From assembly GCA_017455185.1 (NCBI GenBank), contig JAFTBN010000049.1:1-61261 (forward strand): 61,261 nt of DNA. The letters are read 5' to 3'. The position numbers were made by a program, and so were the translations under genes. The notes under the pieces were generated by a model, which was not told where the DNA came from, made no database searches, and was given only the letters and a program-made list of their open reading frames with translations. Of the stretch, positions 39,272 through 48,795 are shown piece by piece (the stretch's first letter is position 1; each line of letters begins with the position of its first letter). The stretch comes from Clostridia bacterium. GTDB taxonomy: Bacteria > Bacillota > Clostridia > Oscillospirales > CAG-272.

Positions 39272-40342
39272 TCAACATATCAGCATCGCGTCGCCGAAGG
39301 AAAAGAAACGGTATTTCTCCCGGACCGCGCACCGGTATGCATCCATCACGAAATCCTTTCCGGCAAACGCGGACACGAGCATCAGCAGCGTGGACTGCGG
39401 CAGATGAAAATTCGTAATCAGGGCGTCCACGGCCCGGAACCGGTAGCCCGGGTAGATGAAAATGCCCGTCTCTCCGGAATAGGGCACAATCCGGCCCTGC
39501 TCATCCGCCACGCTCTCGAGCGTCCGGCAGGACGTGGTTCCGACGCAGATGATCCGTCCTCCCGCCGCGCGCCGGGCGTTGATCCGGTCGGCGGCCTCCT
39601 TGGAGACCGAAATCCACTCGGTGTGCATCAGATGGTCCTCGATGCGCTCCTCCTTGACCGGGCGGAACGTGCCGAGTCCGACGTGCAGCAGGACCGACAC
39701 GACCTCGGCTCCCTTCGCCTTCACCTGCTCCAGCAGTTCAGTGGTGAAATGGAGGCCAGCGGTCGGGGCGGCCGCCGACCCGTTTTCGCGGGCATAGACC
39801 GTCTGATAATCATCGTTATTTTTTAATTTTTCCGTTATATAAGGCGGTAAAGGCATCATCCCGACCTTGTCAAACACCTCGTACAAGGAGCCGAACCGGG
39901 TCTCGTCGAAGGAAAAACGGACCATCCGGTTCCCCTCTTCGACGATGTCCTCCACCACGTCCCGGAGCAATCCGTCCCCGAAGACGAGCTCCATGCCGAC
40001 CCGGGCTCTCTTGCCCGGCTTGACGAGCACCTCCCACACATAGCGGTCGCGCTCGCGCAAAAGCAGCATTTCCATATTCGCCTCGGGTCTGTCTGCCACG
40101 GTTCCGTACAGGCGTGCCGGAATGACCCTGGAATCGTTCACGACCAGCACGTCGCCCGGACGGATGTAGGAAAGCACATCCCGAAAGATCCGGTGCTCCA
40201 GGGTCCCCGCTTTGCGGTTGAGCACCATAAGTCTTGCGCTGTCCCGCGGATCGGCGGGATGCTGCGCGATGAGTTCCTCCGGCAGATCGTATTGAAAATC
40301 GCTGGTTTTCAGATCGGTCGGTATTCTTTCGTTCACTATCAT
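39272..40342 (-). CDS. queA: S-adenosylmethionine:tRNA ribosyltransferase-isomerase
   Basis: [51 protein letters not shown]. Confidence 0.97.
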   Translation of the reverse strand: MIVNERIPTDLKTSDFQYDLPEELIAQHPADPRDSARLMVLNRKAGTLEHRIFRDVLSYIRPGDVLVVNDSRVIPARLYGTVADRPEANMEMLLLRERDRYVWEVLVKPGKRARVGMELVFGDGLLRDVVEDIVEEGNRMVRFSFDETRFGSLYEVFDKVGMMPLPPYITEKLKNNDDYQTVYARENGSAAAPTAGLHFTTELLEQVKAKGAEVVSVLLHVGLGTFRPVKEERIEDHLMHTEWISVSKEAADRINARRAAGGRIICVGTTSCRTLESVADEQGRIVPYSGETGIFIYPGYRFRAVDALITNFHLPQSTLLMLVSAFAGKDFVMDAYRCAVREKYRFFSFGDAMLIC

Positions 40343-40396
40343 CTCTGTCTCTTCCCCGGTCTTGCCGGGTCCTTTGCATCAGATTGGAAAATCCCA

Positions 40397-40425
40397 TTGA
40401 CAAACAATTTCATTTGTGCTATCAT
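40397..40425 (+). promoter_or_regulatory. SigA promoter of the lysine riboswitch-dapAB transcript
   Basis: TTGACA-N17-TATCAT with extended TG. Confidence 0.8.
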
Positions 40426-40451
40426 ACTCGCAAGAACACATATATACTTCC

Positions 40452-40617
40452 GATAGAGGCGCGAATCGCCACCGGACCCTGCCGAGATGGCCACCATCCG
40501 TGACGCGGGAACGAGGACGAATCGCCGAAATCGAAAAGATGTGGCATCTTTTCGGTTGGTAGAACGGCGCATAACCGTTATACTGTCGTCGAAGCTTTTG
40601 CTAGATGGAGAGCTATC
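40452..40617 (+). ncRNA. Lysine riboswitch
   Basis: P1 GATAG/CTATC, AGAGGCGC, CGCCGAA, ACTGTC, GGAGAGCTA; upstream of dapA-dapB. Confidence 0.9.
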
Positions 40618-40685
40618 TGTTTTGTATGGTGAGAAAGGGCGGCCGTTTGCCAAGCCGCATATCTTCTCTATTATAGTACAAGGAC

Positions 40686-40714
40686 AGCTGGTTTTCAACC
40701 AGTTTTTTGTTTTT
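40686..40714 (+). terminator. Attenuator terminator of the riboswitch
   Basis: CTGGTT/AACCAG stem followed by TTTTTTGTTTTT. Confidence 0.6.
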
Positions 40715-40798
40715 CTGGCGGGTTGAAGATGTGCGGAAGCGGATATGGGTCAGGGCGTCCGGACCGGTTTGCCCGGATGCGGAAAAGAGGAAAAACGA

Positions 40799-41695
40799 AT
40801 GAGTCAACTCAAACCGAGCATTTTCAAAGGAGCGGCAAGCGCCATCGTAACGCCGTTTGCCGACGGAGCGGTCGATTACGCAGCCTTCGGAGCGCTGCTC
40901 GAAGACCAGATTCAGAACGGGATTGACGCGCTGGTCGTCGCCGGCACTACCGGCGAGGGCGCCACACTGTCCCATGAGGAACACTGCCAGGTGCTCAAAT
41001 TCGCGGCCGAAAAGGTCGCGGGGCGCGTGCCTGTCATCGCGGGAACCGGGTCCAACGACACCGATTACGCCATCACGCTCTCCCGGTACGCCGAGGAGGT
41101 GGGCTGCGACGCGCTGCTTCTGGTCACCCCGTATTACAACAAAGCAACGCCGAAAGGTCTTGTCAAAAGTTTCGTCAAAACCGCGGACAGCACCCGTCTG
41201 CCCTGCATCCTGTACAACGTTCCCTCCCGGACCGGGTGCAACATCACCCTGCCGGTCTACCGGGAACTGGCCAAGCACGAGCGGATCGTGGCAGTCAAGG
41301 AAGCCTCGGGGAATCTGAGCCAGATTGCGCAGATTGCCTGCGAATGCGGGGACGCGCTGGACATCTATTCGGGCAACGACGACCAGATTGTCCCCATTCT
41401 GTCTCTGGGCGGCATCGGGGTCATTTCGGTCCTGTCCAACATTCTGCCCCGCCAGACGCACGACATCTGCCAGGCCTGGTTCGACGGAGACGTCAAACGC
41501 AGCCGGGATCTGCAGCTGTACTATCTCCCCCTGATCAACGCGCTCTTCAGCGAAGTCAACCCCATTCCGGTCAAAACCGCTATGGGTCTGCTCGGAATGT
41601 GCCGGGAGGAAATGCGCCTGCCGCTGTGTGAAATGGAAGAGGACAACCGGGCCAAACTGATTGCCATCCTTGCGCGGTACGGATTCCGGGTATAA
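40799..41695 (+). CDS. dapA: 4-hydroxy-tetrahydrodipicolinate synthase
   Basis: GTTGE, TPYYNK, LYNVPSRTG, VKEASG, NPIPVK. Confidence 0.97.
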   Translation: MSQLKPSIFKGAASAIVTPFADGAVDYAAFGALLEDQIQNGIDALVVAGTTGEGATLSHEEHCQVLKFAAEKVAGRVPVIAGTGSNDTDYAITLSRYAEEVGCDALLLVTPYYNKATPKGLVKSFVKTADSTRLPCILYNVPSRTGCNITLPVYRELAKHERIVAVKEASGNLSQIAQIACECGDALDIYSGNDDQIVPILSLGGIGVISVLSNILPRQTHDICQAWFDGDVKRSRDLQLYYLPLINALFSEVNPIPVKTAMGLLGMCREEMRLPLCEMEEDNRAKLIAILARYGFRV

Positions 41696-41706
41696 AGGAG
41701 GAAGGT

Positions 41707-42477
41707 ATGAATCCTGTCTCCATTCTGCTTTGCGGCTGCAACGGCCGCATGGGAAAAGCCGTTCAGAGCGCAGTCGCCCGGCATGCGGATGCTTTCACCG
41801 TCACGGCCGGCGTGGATATAGCCCCGGCCCAATGTTCCTTCCCGGTTTATCCCTCGGTTGAACAAGTGCGGGAACGCGCGGACGTATTGGTGGATTTCTC
41901 TCACCACAGCGCCCTGCCCTCCCTTTGCGCCTATGCCAAAGCAAACCGGGTTCCCCTTGTCGTCTGCTCCACCGGGCACACCGAGGAAGAACTGGAACTT
42001 CTGACGCAGACTTCCAAGGAGGTCGCGGTCTTCCGCTCGGGTAACATGTCCCTGGGCGTAAACCTGCTGCTCGAGCTGGTAAAGAAAGCGGCCGCGGTCC
42101 TGGGCGAGGACTTCGACGTGGAAATCATCGAAAAGCATCACAACAAGAAACTGGACGCGCCCAGCGGGACCGCCCTGATGCTGGCCGACGCCGCAGCGGA
42201 ACAGTTCGAAGGCGGAAAGGACTACGTCTTCGACCGTCACTCGGTCCGCCGGGAACGGAACAAACGGGAAATCGGGATTTCCTCGGTCCGAGGAGGCAAC
42301 ATCGTCGGCGAGCACGAAGTGCTCTTCTGCGGAGAGAACGAGACGCTGACCCTGAGCCATCAGGCGGCTTCCCGCGAGGTGTTCGCGGACGGAGCGCTCA
42401 AGGCGGCCGCCTTCATGGCCGGCCTAGCCCCGGGCTTCTATTCGATGTCCGACGTATTGGCCGAGGCGCTCGGATAA
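41707..42477 (+). CDS. dapB: 4-hydroxy-tetrahydrodipicolinate reductase
   Basis: GCNGRMG, EKHHNKKLDAPSGTA, RGGNIVGEH. Confidence 0.97.
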   Translation: MNPVSILLCGCNGRMGKAVQSAVARHADAFTVTAGVDIAPAQCSFPVYPSVEQVRERADVLVDFSHHSALPSLCAYAKANRVPLVVCSTGHTEEELELLTQTSKEVAVFRSGNMSLGVNLLLELVKKAAAVLGEDFDVEIIEKHHNKKLDAPSGTALMLADAAAEQFEGGKDYVFDRHSVRRERNKREIGISSVRGGNIVGEHEVLFCGENETLTLSHQAASREVFADGALKAAAFMAGLAPGFYSMSDVLAEALG

Positions 42478-42499
42478 GACGGAATAGCCGCGCGCATAG

Positions 42500-42539
42500 A
42501 AAGAATCCGGGAGGAACGAACCTTCCGGATTCTTTTTTT
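42500..42539. terminator. Terminator between convergent genes
   Basis: AAAGAATCCGG / CCGGATTCTTT plus T-run. Confidence 0.8.
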
Positions 42540-42543
42540 GCAA

Positions 42544-43281
42544 TCAGCCGTCCAGCCTTTGGGCGTACAGCCAGTCCAACAGTCCCCAGGAGTTGACCGC
42601 GATTTCCCAGCAGCCGTGTCCCGCGTAATTGTATTCGGTATAGCGCATCGTTTTTCCTCCCGCGTCGAGCACGGCCTGCACCATGTCCCTCGAACCGCTC
42701 ACCGGAACCGCCGGGTCATCCGAGGAATGGAAGGCATGAACGGGCTTTTTCGCCACGACCGGCGCGACCGTCATATCCCCGCTCCCGCAGATCGGAACGC
42801 CCGCGGCAAACAGTTCGGGGTTGTGTCCGAGCAGATGCCAGGTCCCGTGTCCGCCCATGGAAATGCCCATGACGTAGACCCTGGCCGGGTCGACCGGATA
42901 ACGGCTCATAAAATCTCCCAATACGGCCATTGCCCGGTTCAGGGAGGGCTTTTTGAGAGGCTCGCTTTCGGGTCCGGAACGGTAGGCGCCCTTGAGCAGC
43001 CCGTTGTTCACCCAGGTGTCGCCTTCAGCGCATTGCGGAATGAGAACAAGGCCCGAGTAGACCGGCGAGGCGGGATCGGCAAAGAGAGATCGGACCACGT
43101 GCTTGAGCTGAGCCCGGTTGTCATCGCCCCGCTCGCCTGCGCCGTGAAGAAACAGAAGCAGCGGAACCTTCCGGTCCTTTTCCATCCCCAGAGGGACAAA
43201 ATACCGATACGGGAGTTTTCCCCCTTTTTCGTCGGTGTAAACCCCGGCGAGCAGGTCCCTCTCCACGTCAATGGGCTGCAT
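42544..43281 (-). CDS. Alpha/beta hydrolase (esterase/peptidase)
   Basis: FLHGAGERG, GISMGG nucleophile elbow, D and GH triad motifs. Confidence 0.88.
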   Translation of the reverse strand: MQPIDVERDLLAGVYTDEKGGKLPYRYFVPLGMEKDRKVPLLLFLHGAGERGDDNRAQLKHVVRSLFADPASPVYSGLVLIPQCAEGDTWVNNGLLKGAYRSGPESEPLKKPSLNRAMAVLGDFMSRYPVDPARVYVMGISMGGHGTWHLLGHNPELFAAGVPICGSGDMTVAPVVAKKPVHAFHSSDDPAVPVSGSRDMVQAVLDAGGKTMRYTEYNYAGHGCWEIAVNSWGLLDWLYAQRLDG

Positions 43282-44255
43282 CAGGCTTCCTCCTTCCCGG
43301 TGCCCAGCATCGCGGCGCCGATGATGCCGGCGTCGTTCTTAAGCTGCGCCACCCGGATGCGGCAGGGTGTCACCACGTCGCCCCCGTAACGTTCCTTGCG
43401 GATGGTATCCATCAGGCGGTTGACCAGATCGTCTCCCTCGTTGGAGATACCGCCGCCGATGGAAAGGACCTCGGGCTGAAAGATGTTGACCAGGTTGGTG
43501 ATGCCGCAGGCAAGATACGAGCAATACTCGTCCACCACCTCGCGCGCGGCCGCATCCCCTTTGCGCATTCCGTCAAACGCGGTCCGCCCGGACACTTTCC
43601 CTTTTTCCCGGGCCAGGTCTTCGAGCAGGGTTTCGCGGCCGGTCTTCCGGCACTCTTCCATTTTTTCCTTTGTCATGGCAATCAAAGCAGTCGCGGAGGA
43701 ATATGCCTCCCAGCAGCCCCGGCGTCCGCAGGTGCAGGGCCTGCCGCCCGCCACGATGACCATATGCCCGAGCTCCGCTCCGGCACAGTTGAAGCCCGAA
43801 TAGACCTTTCCGTCGATGACGATTCCGCCGCCTACGCCTGTGCCCAGGGTCACCATGACCGAGTCGGAAGTTCCCTTGGCCGCTCCGGCAACCGCCTCAC
43901 CCCAGGCAGCCGCGTTCGCGTCGTTTTCCACGTGGATGTTCCCGCAGGGGATTTTCTCCCCCAGCAGCTGTGCCAGAGGAAAGCGGTGGAACGGCAGATT
44001 GTTCGCATACTCCACCACACCGGTTGTGTGGTTGACGGTTCCGGGCGCGGCGACGCCGACCGATTCCACCTTCTCAAAGGGGACGCCTGCCGTTTCACAC
44101 ACCGCCCGGCACAGTTCGGCCATCGTTTCCACGATGGCTTCTCCGCCCCGTTCCACCTGCGTCGGGGCGCTTTTTTGCGCGACAATCCTGCAATCCTTGT
44201 CAACCAGGCCGACCGCGATGTTCGTGCCGCCCAGATCAATACCCAAACGATACAT
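43281..44255 (-). CDS. ROK-family glucokinase
   Basis: GIDLGGT, ENDANAAA, LGTGVGGG, ELGH, CTCGRRGCWE. Confidence 0.92.
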   Translation of the reverse strand: MYRLGIDLGGTNIAVGLVDKDCRIVAQKSAPTQVERGGEAIVETMAELCRAVCETAGVPFEKVESVGVAAPGTVNHTTGVVEYANNLPFHRFPLAQLLGEKIPCGNIHVENDANAAAWGEAVAGAAKGTSDSVMVTLGTGVGGGIVIDGKVYSGFNCAGAELGHMVIVAGGRPCTCGRRGCWEAYSSATALIAMTKEKMEECRKTGRETLLEDLAREKGKVSGRTAFDGMRKGDAAAREVVDEYCSYLACGITNLVNIFQPEVLSIGGGISNEGDDLVNRLMDTIRKERYGGDVVTPCRIRVAQLKNDAGIIGAAMLGTGKEEA

Positions 44256-44272
44256 ATAAACCTCTGTTCCGC

Positions 44273-45151
44273 TCACTTCCTGTAGGTGTGAACTGTATAT
44301 TTTCTGACTTTGAGGAAGGTTTCCCCGTCAACCTGCAAAGGGGTCGGGCGGTCGAACTCCACCTCGATGTCATGTCCTTTTTCGATTTCGATCATGTCGG
44401 TGTATTTGACGTGCTTCCCTTCGAAGATGGACGGGAAGCGCATCAGGGAAGTCAGACGGCCCTTTCCGTGGAAGACCATCAGGGAAACCGTTCTCTCGGG
44501 ATTCAGCCGGTCCTGCTGGGGCGCGGGCTGTATGCCGCCGCCGTAATACCGGCCGTTCATGGTCGGAGCCAGCCAGACCTTCTTGAATTCCTTCCATTCC
44601 CCTCCGTCCACGCGGTAGCGGACCGAAGTGGGCTTGTATTTGAACAAAAGGCCCTTGATGGCGATGGCGGTGTAGTTGATCGGCTTGTTGGTTCCCTTGG
44701 CGCGGATCCGGTCGCCCTCCTCGCAGCAATATCCGTCGATGCCGTATCCGATGCCGTTCATGAAGAGCATCTCATGCTTGTATTCCCCCTCGATCACGAC
44801 GGTCGGCAATTCGCACAGATAGGGGTTGACCTGCACCGGCTTTCCGTCCTCGGCATACCCGATGTCGCGCAAAAAGTCGTTGCCGGAGCCCGCAGGAAAG
44901 AAATAGATCGGGCGCTCCATCTTCTCGTTGCCCAGCGCGTTGGCCAGGAAATTCAGCGTTCCGTCCCCGCCGATCAGAACGGGATCCGTATCCTCGGGCA
45001 GACCCAGGATGAAGGCCTTCATGTCCTGTACCTTCATCACGTCCGTCAGAATCAGTTCGTCGTCCGGCAGAACCTGTTTCAGCTTTTCGATTGCCTGCTC
45101 CCCGGTCCCGTTTCCGGACAGCGGGTTGTACATTACCTGATACTTTTTCAT
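44273..45151 (-). CDS. Diacylglycerol/lipid kinase family
   Basis: NPLSG, GGDGT, PAGSGNDF, QVDGE. Confidence 0.9.
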   Translation of the reverse strand: MKKYQVMYNPLSGNGTGEQAIEKLKQVLPDDELILTDVMKVQDMKAFILGLPEDTDPVLIGGDGTLNFLANALGNEKMERPIYFFPAGSGNDFLRDIGYAEDGKPVQVNPYLCELPTVVIEGEYKHEMLFMNGIGYGIDGYCCEEGDRIRAKGTNKPINYTAIAIKGLLFKYKPTSVRYRVDGGEWKEFKKVWLAPTMNGRYYGGGIQPAPQQDRLNPERTVSLMVFHGKGRLTSLMRFPSIFEGKHVKYTDMIEIEKGHDIEVEFDRPTPLQVDGETFLKVRKYTVHTYRK

Positions 45152-45179
45152 CTTTCGATTCCTTTCCTGTTCTTTTGCT

Positions 45180-45923
45180 TTATTGTTCTTTTTTGCTTTT
45201 CAGAAAGTCTTCCATCTCCGAGCGGATTTCGTCGCTCACCTGTCCCATGGGCTTTCCCTCCAGATACGAGGCGGGCAGCACATCCAATATGTCAAGATAA
45301 ACGTCGGTCCGTTTGAAAGGCATCCTGTGCCCGATCTGCTCCGTGCCCCGGATGACGCTGACCACCACGGGACAGGGGGCCCGGAAGGCAGGATAGAGAC
45401 TGCCTTCGTGGAACGGAAGAAGTTCCCCGGTTTTGGAACGGGTTCCCTCGGGATACACGCCCAGACTGACCACGTCCGACTCAATCAGCTGCTTCCCTTT
45501 CTGGAAGATGTAGAGAGACTGCTTGAGGCTGTTGCGGTCGATGGGCAGGCAGTTGCACCGGCGCATGATCGCTCCGGCCACGGGAATTTTCAGATTCTCC
45601 TCCTTGGAAATGAACACCAGGCGGAAGCGGCGCAGATACCGGATGGCAATCATCGGGTCGAACACGGACCGGTGGTTGGAAACCAGATAGAAGCGCCCGT
45701 CCTTCGGTATTCGTTCCGTTCCGGTCAGGTGCATCCGCACGCGCGCGACGCGCATCACGAAGAAAAGGGCCGACTGCATAATCCACCAATAGTATGCGCT
45801 TCTCTTAGCGTAAATCCTGTTTTTGTCCACGAACAGCGAGCTGACGATGACAAGAAGCACGTAAAGGAGAAACAGACCGACAAGCCCGCCGAGAACGGTC
45901 AATACAACAAAGTACCACTTCAT
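45180..45923 (-). CDS. plsC: 1-acyl-sn-glycerol-3-phosphate acyltransferase family
   Basis: SNHRSVFD, YPEGTRS. Confidence 0.88.
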   Translation of the reverse strand: MKWYFVVLTVLGGLVGLFLLYVLLVIVSSLFVDKNRIYAKRSAYYWWIMQSALFFVMRVARVRMHLTGTERIPKDGRFYLVSNHRSVFDPMIAIRYLRRFRLVFISKEENLKIPVAGAIMRRCNCLPIDRNSLKQSLYIFQKGKQLIESDVVSLGVYPEGTRSKTGELLPFHEGSLYPAFRAPCPVVVSVIRGTEQIGHRMPFKRTDVYLDILDVLPASYLEGKPMGQVSDEIRSEMEDFLKSKKEQ

Positions 45924-45932
45924 CCCGGACTC

Positions 45933-46580
45933 CTAGAAGACCTTGGACACGTCGGACTTGTTCATGATGATGAGCAGCGTGTCGTCCTTTTCGATCCGCC
46001 GGTCAGGATCCGGATTTCCCATGATCTTGCCCTTGACCTTGATTCCGATGACGTTGATACCGTATTTTTTACGGAGTTCGAGTTCGAGCAGCGAGTGGTT
46101 CACCCAGGCGCTGCGCGGAACCACTTCAATCAGGGACAGCGCGTCCTGGATGTTGAAGAAGTCCCGGATTTCGTTGGAATACAGGCGGATGGCATTCCGC
46201 TTGGCGCTCTCCTCCTCGGGATAGATGATTTCATCCGCGCCGACGCGCGTCAGGATATCGCCCATACGGACGTTGCGCGCCTTGGCCACGATCCGCCCGA
46301 CGCCGGACTCCTTGGCGATCATGCAGCACATGATGCTGGATTCCAGATTGGACGCCATGGTCACAAGGACCGTGTCCATCTGGGCCAGGCCCAGTTTCTT
46401 GAGAGACATCGGATCCGAAAGGTCGCACAGCACCGCGCGTTCCACCTGGTCCTTGACCTGGTCGATCAGGTCCTCGTTGTGGTCCGCCACCATCACCTGG
46501 GCGCCCAGTTTGGAAAGTTCGAGCGCAATTCCCATGCCGAACCTTCCCATGCCCAATACCGCAAATGTCTTGTTGCTCAT
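45933..46580 (-). CDS. ktrA: Ktr/Trk K+ uptake regulatory subunit
   Basis: GMGRFG Rossmann motif plus RCK-C domain. Confidence 0.9.
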   Translation of the reverse strand: MSNKTFAVLGMGRFGMGIALELSKLGAQVMVADHNEDLIDQVKDQVERAVLCDLSDPMSLKKLGLAQMDTVLVTMASNLESSIMCCMIAKESGVGRIVAKARNVRMGDILTRVGADEIIYPEEESAKRNAIRLYSNEIRDFFNIQDALSLIEVVPRSAWVNHSLLELELRKKYGINVIGIKVKGKIMGNPDPDRRIEKDDTLLIIMNKSDVSKVF

Positions 46581-46595
46581 CTTCTTTCCCCTTTA

Positions 46596-47996
46596 CTATC
46601 CAACCGTGAAATTCCCCTTTGCGACCACTACCGCGTCCCTCTTGGAGCGTCCGGCCTCAAAGAACAAAACAATCGTAATCGGCCCGATCCGGCCTAAAAA
46701 CATCGAAAGGATGACAATCACCTGCCCGACCGAATTGAGCAGCGGAGTCACGCCCTGCGAAAGCCCCACCGTTCCGGTCGCGGAAAACATCTCGTACAGC
46801 ACATGCATCACCGGCAAATCGTTGGTGGCAAGCAGCAGAATCGAACCCAGGATGGTCACCAGCAGCGACACGGTGACAATCGCGGCGGCCTTGACGATCA
46901 GGTCGTAGGAAATCAGCCGCTTGTGGAGCACCGCGTGCTTGCGCCCCCGCACGAACGCCAGCGCGTTCATCAGAAGGATCAGGACCGTCATGGTCTTGAC
47001 GCCGCCCGCCATACCGACGGGCGAACCGCCGATGAACATGAACAACAGCCCGATGACCGCCGTGGCGGACCGCAGTCCCTCCTGCGGGATCGTAAAGAAG
47101 CCGGCCGTACGCCAGGTCACGGACTGGAAGAAACTTTGCAGAACCTTCTGCCCGCCCGACAGACCGCCCAGCGTCGCGGGATTGTCGTGCTCCAGCAGGA
47201 ACACAAGCCCGGCTCCTCCCACAATGAGAATCAGGGTCATGACAAGGATTCCCTTGGTGTTCTCACTCAGTTTTCGGAAGAAATGAAGCGGACTCTTTCT
47301 TCCCTTGATCGCTTCCCGGCTCTTGTTCAGCCAGTCGAACCAGAAGACGAATCCAAGCCCTCCCAGCACAATCAGCGCCATGGTCACAATCAGGAAGAAC
47401 GCGTCGTCCCGGATGAAGGTCAGACTGTCGTTCCCGAACAAGTCCAGCCCGGCGTTGCAGAACGAGGAAACCGAATTGAAGACCGAATACCAGACTCCCT
47501 TTGCCCCGAACCGGGGGACAAGGCGGATCATCAGAAGGCCGGCTCCCAGGCCCTCGACGATGAACGTGTCGCGCACAAGCCGGCGCACAAAATTCCCGAG
47601 CCCTTCGAAAGTCGTCAGGTTGAAATTGTCCTGCATCAGCATCATGAAGCGCAGGGACAGCCTGCGCCGCAGCAGCGTCAGGATGAACGAGGCCATGGTC
47701 ACCATGCCAAAGCCTCCCGCCTGAATCAGGAGCAGAATGACGATCTGCCCGAACAGCGTCCAGTGGGAAAACGTCGGAACCACGGTAAGCCCTGTCACGC
47801 AGACCGAAGTGGTCGAGGTGAAGAAAGCAGTCAGAAAGGTCGTCTTCTCCCCTTCCGCCGTCGCGACGGGCAACAGAAGCAGCAGCGTCCCGGCCAGAAT
47901 CAGCAGCACGAAACAACCGACGATGATGTGCGGAGACTCGAGCCTCCTCTTGCGCCAGTCGGTGATATTGTCCTTAATCCTTGCCATCTGTCTCAT
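46596..47996 (-). CDS. ktrB: Ktr/Trk K+ uptake membrane subunit
   Basis: CVTGL, FCNAG, RTAGF, TVGLS pore loops. Confidence 0.92.
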   Translation of the reverse strand: MRQMARIKDNITDWRKRRLESPHIIVGCFVLLILAGTLLLLLPVATAEGEKTTFLTAFFTSTTSVCVTGLTVVPTFSHWTLFGQIVILLLIQAGGFGMVTMASFILTLLRRRLSLRFMMLMQDNFNLTTFEGLGNFVRRLVRDTFIVEGLGAGLLMIRLVPRFGAKGVWYSVFNSVSSFCNAGLDLFGNDSLTFIRDDAFFLIVTMALIVLGGLGFVFWFDWLNKSREAIKGRKSPLHFFRKLSENTKGILVMTLILIVGGAGLVFLLEHDNPATLGGLSGGQKVLQSFFQSVTWRTAGFFTIPQEGLRSATAVIGLLFMFIGGSPVGMAGGVKTMTVLILLMNALAFVRGRKHAVLHKRLISYDLIVKAAAIVTVSLLVTILGSILLLATNDLPVMHVLYEMFSATGTVGLSQGVTPLLNSVGQVIVILSMFLGRIGPITIVLFFEAGRSKRDAVVVAKGNFTVG

Positions 47997-48333
47997 CTGC
48001 GTTTGGCCTTTCCTCTTTCCAAAGATATCGGTCCAGATCCACGAATCCGTCCCTGACTTCTACCCCCTCGTCCCGCAGCAGCTGTTCCTGCACCTGCGGG
48101 CCTCCGAAAGCGAACGCGGGCGCCAGGCGCCCTTCCCGGTTCACCACCCTGTGACAGGGGATGACGCCGGGGGCGGGATTGACGTGCAGCGCGTAGCCGA
48201 CGATCCGGCTCATGCGGGGATTGCCCGCCATGGCCGCGACCCGGCCGTACGTGGTGACGCTCCCCCGCGGTATCCGCTTTACCGCTTCGTAAATACGGAA
48301 AAACGTTCCGTCCCGGTCAACCCCGTTTGCCAT
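47974..48333 (-). CDS. Single-domain O6-alkylguanine-DNA alkyltransferase (MGMT family)
   Basis: IPRGSVTTYG, RIVGYAL, IPCHRVVN with active Cys; start uncertain. Confidence 0.9.
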   Translation of the reverse strand: MANGVDRDGTFFRIYEAVKRIPRGSVTTYGRVAAMAGNPRMSRIVGYALHVNPAPGVIPCHRVVNREGRLAPAFAFGGPQVQEQLLRDEGVEVRDGFVDLDRYLWKEERPNADETDGKD

Positions 48334-48340
48334 CCGGTTC

Positions 48341-48775
48341 TTATTTTGCATGTTCCTGTTTTTTCTGCTCCGGGTCAAGTTTGAAACCCGTTCCGACGAA
48401 AAGAGCGACTTCCCTGCCCGTGTCGTCCGTCAGGCGGACCTGATACAGGCAGGTATTCCGGCCGTCCTTCAGGCAGGCGGCGCGGGCATAGAGATGCTCT
48501 CCCCGGGGCATGCTCAGATAATGCATGTTGACCTCCAGGGCAACCGTGGGCCGGTGCCGCTGGTTGCATGCCACCGCAAACGCGAAATCCGCCAGCGTAT
48601 AGATAACGCCGCCCATGACGCCCCCCAGCGCGTTTTTGTGCTGATCGGTCAGGGTCATGCTGCAAAGGCAGGATCCGTCCTCGTACAGCTCGTCCAGATG
48701 CATACCGCTTGTCATGGCATAGCGGTCGTTCTTGAAATATTCCCTTGCCTGTTCCAGGCTTTCAAAGGTTCCCAT
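48341..48775 (-). CDS. PaaI-family thioesterase
   Basis: HKNALGGVMGGVIYTLADFA. Confidence 0.88.
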   Translation of the reverse strand: MGTFESLEQAREYFKNDRYAMTSGMHLDELYEDGSCLCSMTLTDQHKNALGGVMGGVIYTLADFAFAVACNQRHRPTVALEVNMHYLSMPRGEHLYARAACLKDGRNTCLYQVRLTDDTGREVALFVGTGFKLDPEQKKQEHAK

Positions 48776-48795
48776 ATGTCTCTCTTTTCCTGTTT

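Larger units (their letters stand above)
38769..39299. mobile_element. AT-rich toxin-antitoxin islet inserted in the queA 3' end
   Basis: Perfect 21-bp direct repeat ATCAGCATCGCGTCGCCGAAG at 38769-38789 and 39279-39299. Confidence 0.8.

Noticed and set aside
47974-48333. Alkyltransferase-like (ATL) protein call
   Set aside because: The motif is PCHR with the active Cys, not PWHR
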